Assembly (NCBI GenBank): GCA_041690395.1 | Contig: JAWLHJ010000005.1 | Location: 384,001-448,000, forward strand | Length of the DNA: 64,000 nt | Source of the DNA: Longimicrobiales bacterium | GTDB lineage: Bacteria; Gemmatimonadota; Gemmatimonadetes; Longimicrobiales; Gaopeijiaceae | Reading direction: 5' to 3' | Shown here: one piece after another, positions 59,003-64,000 of the stretch | Position numbering within the stretch: position 1 is the first letter of the stretch | Layout: each line of letters starts with the position of its first letter | Notes under the pieces: generated by a model | Database searches by the model: none | Seen by the model: only the letters and a program-made list of their open reading frames with translations | What the model was told of the DNA's origin: nothing | Made by a program: the position numbers and the translations under genes

Positions 59003-60880
59003 TCATCCCCCCCCGAGCGTGACCTCCCCGTACCGGTTGAAGCCGCTTCCGCCGTAGGACCCCGCGTCGTAGACGAACCCGTACGCGGCGGAGCCGTCCG
59101 GGCGCCTCACCCTCGCTCCCCGAACCCAGTGCGCGCGGATCCCGCCATGGACGAGCCTTGCCGGGCTCCAGGAGCCCGGCGCATCGCTCTCGGTGTGGTA
59201 GATCCCTCCATAGTCCGCGTCGATGAAGAGCAGGTGCACCCGTTCCCCGTCGGAGATCGCGTCCGCGCCGACCTGGTCCGAGTCGATGGCGCTCTGGACG
59301 ACGCTCCGCTCGCTGATCATGGCGGGTGGTGTGACGGACGGCGTGGCCTGGCCGCCGTCCACGATGCGCCGCTCCCAGAGCTCGCCCTCGGCCAGCCGGT
59401 AGAGGACGACCACCGTGTTGCTCTCGGCGAGGTGGACCAGCGGGACGACCGCACCCACGTCCTCTTCGCCGACACCCACACCTTCGGCGATTCGCACGCG
59501 GGGGCCGAGCGAGCCGTCGCGCTCGATGCGACGGTACCAGATGGTGCCGCTCTCCGGCGCGGTGGCCTCGGACAGGGGTTTGGCCGTGTAGGCGAGGTGC
59601 ACGACGTCGTTCCGGCCGAGCACGGTCTGGGGTCCCGACAGCCGGAACGGAAGCCCGGCGTCGACCACGGTTTCGGCGCCCCAAACGCCTTCGACGTCAC
59701 GGACCTTCATGTGGATGCGCTCGGGACCGCCGTAGACGCCGACCAGGCTGCCGTCGGATCGCGCCTGGAGCGCGGCCACCTGCGTCGGGGGCTCCGGAGG
59801 CTCGGCCACGAGCTCGTCCCGCGCGACCCACCGGTCCCGGGCTTCCGGGTCGTCAGATGTGCCGAAAGCGTGGTGGAAGACGGCGTCGGACGTCTGGTGC
59901 AGCATGTGGATCCGGCCGTTCCGGAAGGCCGTCGCGAAGCCCTCGAGGTCCCCTGTCGCGGGGCGGCCCGGCCCGTCGACCTCGGCCCACGTGCGGCCGC
60001 CGTCCGCCGACCGGACCACCATGAGGACATTGTCCGACTCGGCGGGCTCCATGACGAAGTAGAGGTCGCCGTTCGTGGTCTGCCATGGGCCGAGACGCTC
60101 CGGGGTCTCCACGAAGGTGCCCGCGAGCAGGCCGTCCGGCACCGTTACGGTGACCCGCGGGTGCCTATCCGCGGCCAGGGCTCGCCCCTCGGCGTCCGTC
60201 AGCCGGAACTCGAAGGCGTCGCCGTCCTCGTTCGTCACGGCGCCGTCCGCGAAGCGCCGGATCACGAGCGGCCACTCCCATTCCGAGTGCAGTGGAGCGT
60301 CGGGACCGGCGTCGGGCCCGGCCGGCCAGGGTGCCGTCAGTGTGTCGAGGACCACGCCGACGCCGCCCGGAGCGAAGGCCGACGTCGCGCCCACTAGGAG
60401 ATCGGTCGTGGTCGCGCCCGTCGGATACCCGGCCGGCGACACGATGCTGACGCGGGGCGTCGCCGTCTCGGGATAGGGAAAGTCCTCCGCGGCGATGTTC
60501 GTCCACGCTCCTCCGTTTCGCCGGACCTGGAGTCGCAGTCGGATCGGCTCCGTGAGGCTGCCGTCCCGCTCGACCTCGAAGCGGACCCGGAACGGGCGCT
60601 CGACGAAGAGCGTGGCGCCCTCCCCGGCCGGGGCCGCCCACCCGGCGTCGGCGTTGAGGGGGGCGGAGGCGTCGGACCGGAGGCGGAAAGTGGCCTGGCG
60701 GAGGTCGGAACGCGCTTCCGCGGTGCCCGGGGCGCCTTGCGGTGTGGAGTCGCACCCCGGGAGTGCGAAAGCGGCGAGGAGGACGAAGGAGAACAGGTGG
60801 AGACGTGGCGTCTGCAAGGCGCTACACCGGGACGGAGGACCAGGTCGTGATGATTCCGGACGGTACTCCACTCGCGTCAC
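59003..60880 (-). CDS. Lipoprotein with Asp-box (BNR) beta-propeller, sialidase-like
   Basis: LPGC lipobox; RSADGGRTW Asp-box; start uncertain. Confidence 0.7.
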   Translation of the reverse strand: MTRVEYRPESSRPGPPSRCSALQTPRLHLFSFVLLAAFALPGCDSTPQGAPGTAEARSDLRQATFRLRSDASAPLNADAGWAAPAGEGATLFVERPFRVRFEVERDGSLTEPIRLRLQVRRNGGAWTNIAAEDFPYPETATPRVSIVSPAGYPTGATTTDLLVGATSAFAPGGVGVVLDTLTAPWPAGPDAGPDAPLHSEWEWPLVIRRFADGAVTNEDGDAFEFRLTDAEGRALAADRHPRVTVTVPDGLLAGTFVETPERLGPWQTTNGDLYFVMEPAESDNVLMVVRSADGGRTWAEVDGPGRPATGDLEGFATAFRNGRIHMLHQTSDAVFHHAFGTSDDPEARDRWVARDELVAEPPEPPTQVAALQARSDGSLVGVYGGPERIHMKVRDVEGVWGAETVVDAGLPFRLSGPQTVLGRNDVVHLAYTAKPLSEATAPESGTIWYRRIERDGSLGPRVRIAEGVGVGEEDVGAVVPLVHLAESNTVVVLYRLAEGELWERRIVDGGQATPSVTPPAMISERSVVQSAIDSDQVGADAISDGERVHLLFIDADYGGIYHTESDAPGSWSPARLVHGGIRAHWVRGARVRRPDGSAAYGFVYDAGSYGGSGFNRYGEVTLGGG

Positions 60881-60940
60881 CGACCGGTCATGGTCGGGTC
60901 ACGGGTCCATGACGAGGCGCGGCGAATCGATGGCTTCGGG

Positions 60941-61510
60941 CTATCCCGGGGGCGTGGCGGGGTCGTACGCTTCCGGCAGCCCGGGCGTCGGCGCGCTCCA
61001 CCAGGTCGTCGGCAGACGGGGGTCGTAGAGCCAGACGAACTCGGACGGATCGCCCTGGTGCTTCCATCGGAACGTGCATCGCAGCAGGGCCGGCGTCGGA
61101 AGCCTCTCGATGTAGCAGCGGAGCGGAAAGATGCTCCGTTCGCCCGCCCCGACCCTGAACCAGGAGGATCCGGCGTCCGTTCGGAAATCACGGGTCGCGA
61201 TCGGACGGGCTTCGTCCGAAACGATGAGGTCACCGGTCCGGGCGGGCTCGAGCAGCTCGAGCGTCACGCGGGAGATCAAGAGCGGGCGGCTGCCGGTGTT
61301 GTGGATGACGTAGTTCCCGACGAACAGGATCGAGCGGGCCCCCGCCTCGCCCGTCGGAGTCGAGGTGCACCAGACCTCGGACCGGTACCGATGCCCGAGG
61401 ACGTCGAAGACGCGGAACTTGTACGCGGCGGCCAGGCCGCCCAGCAGCACGGTCAGGTTGACCAGGACTCCGAGCCAGTCGGCCGCCACGCCGGAGCTCA
61501 GTCCGGCCAT
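60941..61510 (-). CDS. Hypothetical protein with N-terminal TM
   Basis: Hydrophobic N-terminus; Ig-like NTGSRPL.I. Confidence 0.6.
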   Translation of the reverse strand: MAGLSSGVAADWLGVLVNLTVLLGGLAAAYKFRVFDVLGHRYRSEVWCTSTPTGEAGARSILFVGNYVIHNTGSRPLLISRVTLELLEPARTGDLIVSDEARPIATRDFRTDAGSSWFRVGAGERSIFPLRCYIERLPTPALLRCTFRWKHQGDPSEFVWLYDPRLPTTWWSAPTPGLPEAYDPATPPG

Positions 61511-61625
61511 CGAGCGTGGATAGGGACCACGGGGCTAAACTCGTCCAGGGGTACGTCCAGCGAGATTCGAATCGTCCTAGCATCGGAGGGTCGGGGTGGG
61601 CAACGCAACCCGTCCCTGTCTCGCG

Positions 61626-62468
61626 TCAGCCGTCGACCCGTTCCCCCGTCCCGGAGAACGGGCCGTCGGTGACGTCGAGCCGCGTCGTGCGCCCGTCGCG
61701 GACGTGGAACGTCAGGCGCACGGCCGGCGACCCGGTGGGGTGGAACACGTCGTCCTCCCCGTCGACCGGGAGCATCCTCCCGGTGGGGTCGGCGCCGGCA
61801 CCGACCATCAGCCACCCGTTCCGCACACCCACCACGAGCTCCACGGGCGGCTCCGCGTCGAAGCGGAAGCGACCACCGTACCGGGCCGCCTCTCGCTCAC
61901 CCGCCTCGAATCCGAAGGGGACGGGGTCCGGCCCGAACCGCTCGTGCAGGTACCCCACCACGTCGGCGGCGTCGGCACCTCCGGCCTCCGCGTGCCGCGT
62001 GAGCGAGATCCCGTGGGGGCCGTGCAGCAGGAAGAGGTCCGGGTCGGCCTCGAGGTATGCACGCACCGTATCGATCTGGCCGAGCATGGCCGCCGAGAAG
62101 ATGGTCGGACGGGCGCCGTGCGCGATCAGCAGCTCCGCGATGTCGCGACGCCCCACGTGGGAGGCCGCGCCCAGCGGCGTCTCCCAATCCCCGAGCTGCC
62201 AGTCCCACGACGCCTTGGCCAGGGACGGTTGCTCCGTGACGAGCGTGCGTACGAGATCTATGTTGCCGTGCGACGCTCCCACCACCGTCCGGACGCGGTC
62301 GGGGTCGGTGCGTGGAAACGCGACGGGCGACGTGCCGGGCGTGTGGGTCCCGGTCCCGCCGCGATCTCCGGTACGCTGCACGGCGAGGAGGGGGAAGGCG
62401 CCGAGGACGGCGGCTTGCCGGAGGAAGCTTCTGCGCGACGGTTGGACCTGGGCTTCACGGCCGATCAT
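61626..62468 (-). CDS. Tat-exported ankyrin-repeat-like protein
   Basis: SRRSFL Tat motif; WETPLGAASHVGRRDIAELLIAHGA; AAMLGQIDTV. Confidence 0.75.
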   Translation of the reverse strand: MIGREAQVQPSRRSFLRQAAVLGAFPLLAVQRTGDRGGTGTHTPGTSPVAFPRTDPDRVRTVVGASHGNIDLVRTLVTEQPSLAKASWDWQLGDWETPLGAASHVGRRDIAELLIAHGARPTIFSAAMLGQIDTVRAYLEADPDLFLLHGPHGISLTRHAEAGGADAADVVGYLHERFGPDPVPFGFEAGEREAARYGGRFRFDAEPPVELVVGVRNGWLMVGAGADPTGRMLPVDGEDDVFHPTGSPAVRLTFHVRDGRTTRLDVTDGPFSGTGERVDG

Positions 62469-62598
62469 GCTCGTATGACCTCCGATGAGGGATCGTTCAG
62501 CGGCGTTCGTTGCGTCGTCGAGTCCCACGCTGTCGAGGGCTTCGGGCGGACGCCATGCGCGAGCGATGAGGAGGGGGCGAGGAAGCGATGAGGAAATC

Positions 62599-63567
62599 AT
62601 GAGCGAGCGTGCCGAGCGAGCGCTGTCCGCCGCGGGAATCGCCTTCGATCCGGATAGCGGCGACCTCCGGGGGCCGGGCGGTGCCGCGCGTCTCGCGCCC
62701 CAGCCCGCGGCCCTGCTGGAGCTCTTGTCACGGCAGGCCGGGGAGATCGTGACCCGCGACGAGTTGAAGGACCACCTGTGGCCGGGCGGTAGGGTGGAGT
62801 TCGACCAGGGGATCGCGTTCGCGCTCCGAGAGGTCCGGAAGACGCTCGAGGAAGTGGGTGTGGACCCGGCCGTCATCGAGACGCTCCCGCGGCGAGGCCT
62901 GCGGCTGAAGGGACCGGTGGGCAGGAACCCGGCTTCCGCGGGTGCGGCGTTCCGATCCGGCGCGTCGGGCTCCGTCGCGTCGGACTCCCTCCGCGGACCC
63001 GGTCCCTCCCGCCCGACCGAAGAGGGAGGCACGTCGAGATCGACGATGAGCGCGGCCTGGCTCGTCGTGGCCCTCGCCTCGGTCGTCGTGGCGATCGCCG
63101 GCGGGCTTCGATGGGCGACGGGGGCCGCCGGTCCGCCGGTGCTGGTCGTGTTTCCGTACGAGTTCGCCGACACGGGAGGGAACGGGGACGAGGCTGCCGC
63201 CTTGCGGGATGCCGACGTCGGAGCACTGACGGAGGCCGTCGTCGCCGCGCTGACATCTTCTCTGGGGGGTGACGCGGGCGTGGTCGGACCGGCCGGAGTC
63301 GCCGGCCTCCGGGGGCCGGACGACGTGGAGGGCGCGCGCTCCGCGCTCGGCGCGTGTCTGCTGTTGAGCGGATCCGTGCGGTTCCTCTCGCGAGATACCC
63401 TCGTCGTCTTCAGCCAGATCGTCAGAGCGTCCGACCGTGTGCATCTCTGGGCGGAGCGGGACACCCTCCTCGCCGGGACGGCGGCCAGCGTCCTCGCCGA
63501 CCGGATCGTCGAAGGAGCGAGAGGAGCCGTCTCGCGCTGTCGAGCGGGAGCGCGGGTGTCCCGATGA
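62599..63567 (+). CDS. CadC-like winged-helix regulator with TM and TolB-N-like C-terminal domain
   Basis: LAPQP..LL.LL...GEIVTRDEL...LWP; IETLPRRG; TM; LLSGSVR..QIVRASD..HLWAE. Confidence 0.8.
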   Translation: MSERAERALSAAGIAFDPDSGDLRGPGGAARLAPQPAALLELLSRQAGEIVTRDELKDHLWPGGRVEFDQGIAFALREVRKTLEEVGVDPAVIETLPRRGLRLKGPVGRNPASAGAAFRSGASGSVASDSLRGPGPSRPTEEGGTSRSTMSAAWLVVALASVVVAIAGGLRWATGAAGPPVLVVFPYEFADTGGNGDEAAALRDADVGALTEAVVAALTSSLGGDAGVVGPAGVAGLRGPDDVEGARSALGACLLLSGSVRFLSRDTLVVFSQIVRASDRVHLWAERDTLLAGTAASVLADRIVEGARGAVSRCRAGARVSR

Positions 63568-63624
63568 CTCGGGACACTCGCCGCCGGCTTGCGTCCGGGC
63601 CGCGGCGGTCCGCATGATCGGCCG

Positions 63625-64000
63625 ATGACCTTCAACGAACGTGATGCCCGGCCCGAGCGCTCGGACCCGTCGTCCAGGCGCGACGCTCCCACGGGTGAGG
63701 CCCCCTCTCCCGTCGTGCTCGACGGCGGGGCGCTCACCGTGTCCGACGTGGTCGCCGTCGCGCGCGCCGGGGCGGAGGTGCGGCTCGGTCCTGCGGCCCG
63801 GGAGCGCCTCGCCCGTTCCCGCTCCCGCCTGGAAGGGGCGCTTTCCCGCCATGAGGCGATCTACGGGGTGAACACGGGCTTCGGCTCGCTCTCCCGCCAG
63901 CGCATCGCCGAGCACGAGCTCGGCGAGGTGCAGCACAACCTGCTCCGCTCGCACGCGGCCGGTGTCGGCGACGCGCTCGCGGCCGACGTGGTCCGCGCGA
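63625..64000 (+). CDS. hutH: Histidine ammonia-lyase family (partial, runs off the window)
   Basis: LDGGALTVSDVVAVAR..IYGVNTGFGSL..QHNLLRSHAAGVG; absent from the ORF track because there is no stop in the window. Confidence 0.85.
   Translation, partial: MTFNERDARPERSDPSSRRDAPTGEAPSPVVLDGGALTVSDVVAVARAGAEVRLGPAARERLARSRSRLEGALSRHEAIYGVNTGFGSLSRQRIAEHELGEVQHNLLRSHAAGVGDALAADVVRA

Overview
High-GC bacterial DNA. The gene content (orphan duplicated ABC permeases plus PadR, SusC/SusD pair, choice-of-anchor B protein, beta-propeller, many lipoproteins, lpxD) suggests a diderm such as Gemmatimonadota or Acidobacteriota; this is inference, as there is no marker gene. Most of the window is backbone or accessory genes: amidase, ABC permeases, lpxD, an archaeal-type SAM synthetase, orphan CheB, GNATs, ArsR-SRPBCC, LytS/LytTR, ABC-F, a 7-heme TPR cytochrome, SusCD, penicillin acylase and a partial hutH. 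The most interesting part is the visibly lower-GC island at about 1-4700. There an EVE/PUA-like PD-(D/E)XK nuclease and a KAP NTPase are each bracketed by integron-cassette-like complementary ends (GTTATATG/CATATAAC and GTTATCC/GGATAAC) and followed by a shared ~55-bp attC-like repeat. These are followed by an IS3-like scar and a HEPN-like RNase with a histone-H1-like KKAAP tail, giving a candidate integron-cassette-borne anti-phage arsenal whose integrase would lie outside the window. Other oddities are a 146-bp element with perfect 26-bp terminal inverted repeats (35938-36083), a scrambled permease pseudogene, further gene scars, a perfect hairpin embedded in the start of a gene after susD, and a candidate leader ORF overlapping the ABC-F start. 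No rRNA, tRNA or CRISPR array was seen. All family calls come from motif recognition by eye; no database searches were run.
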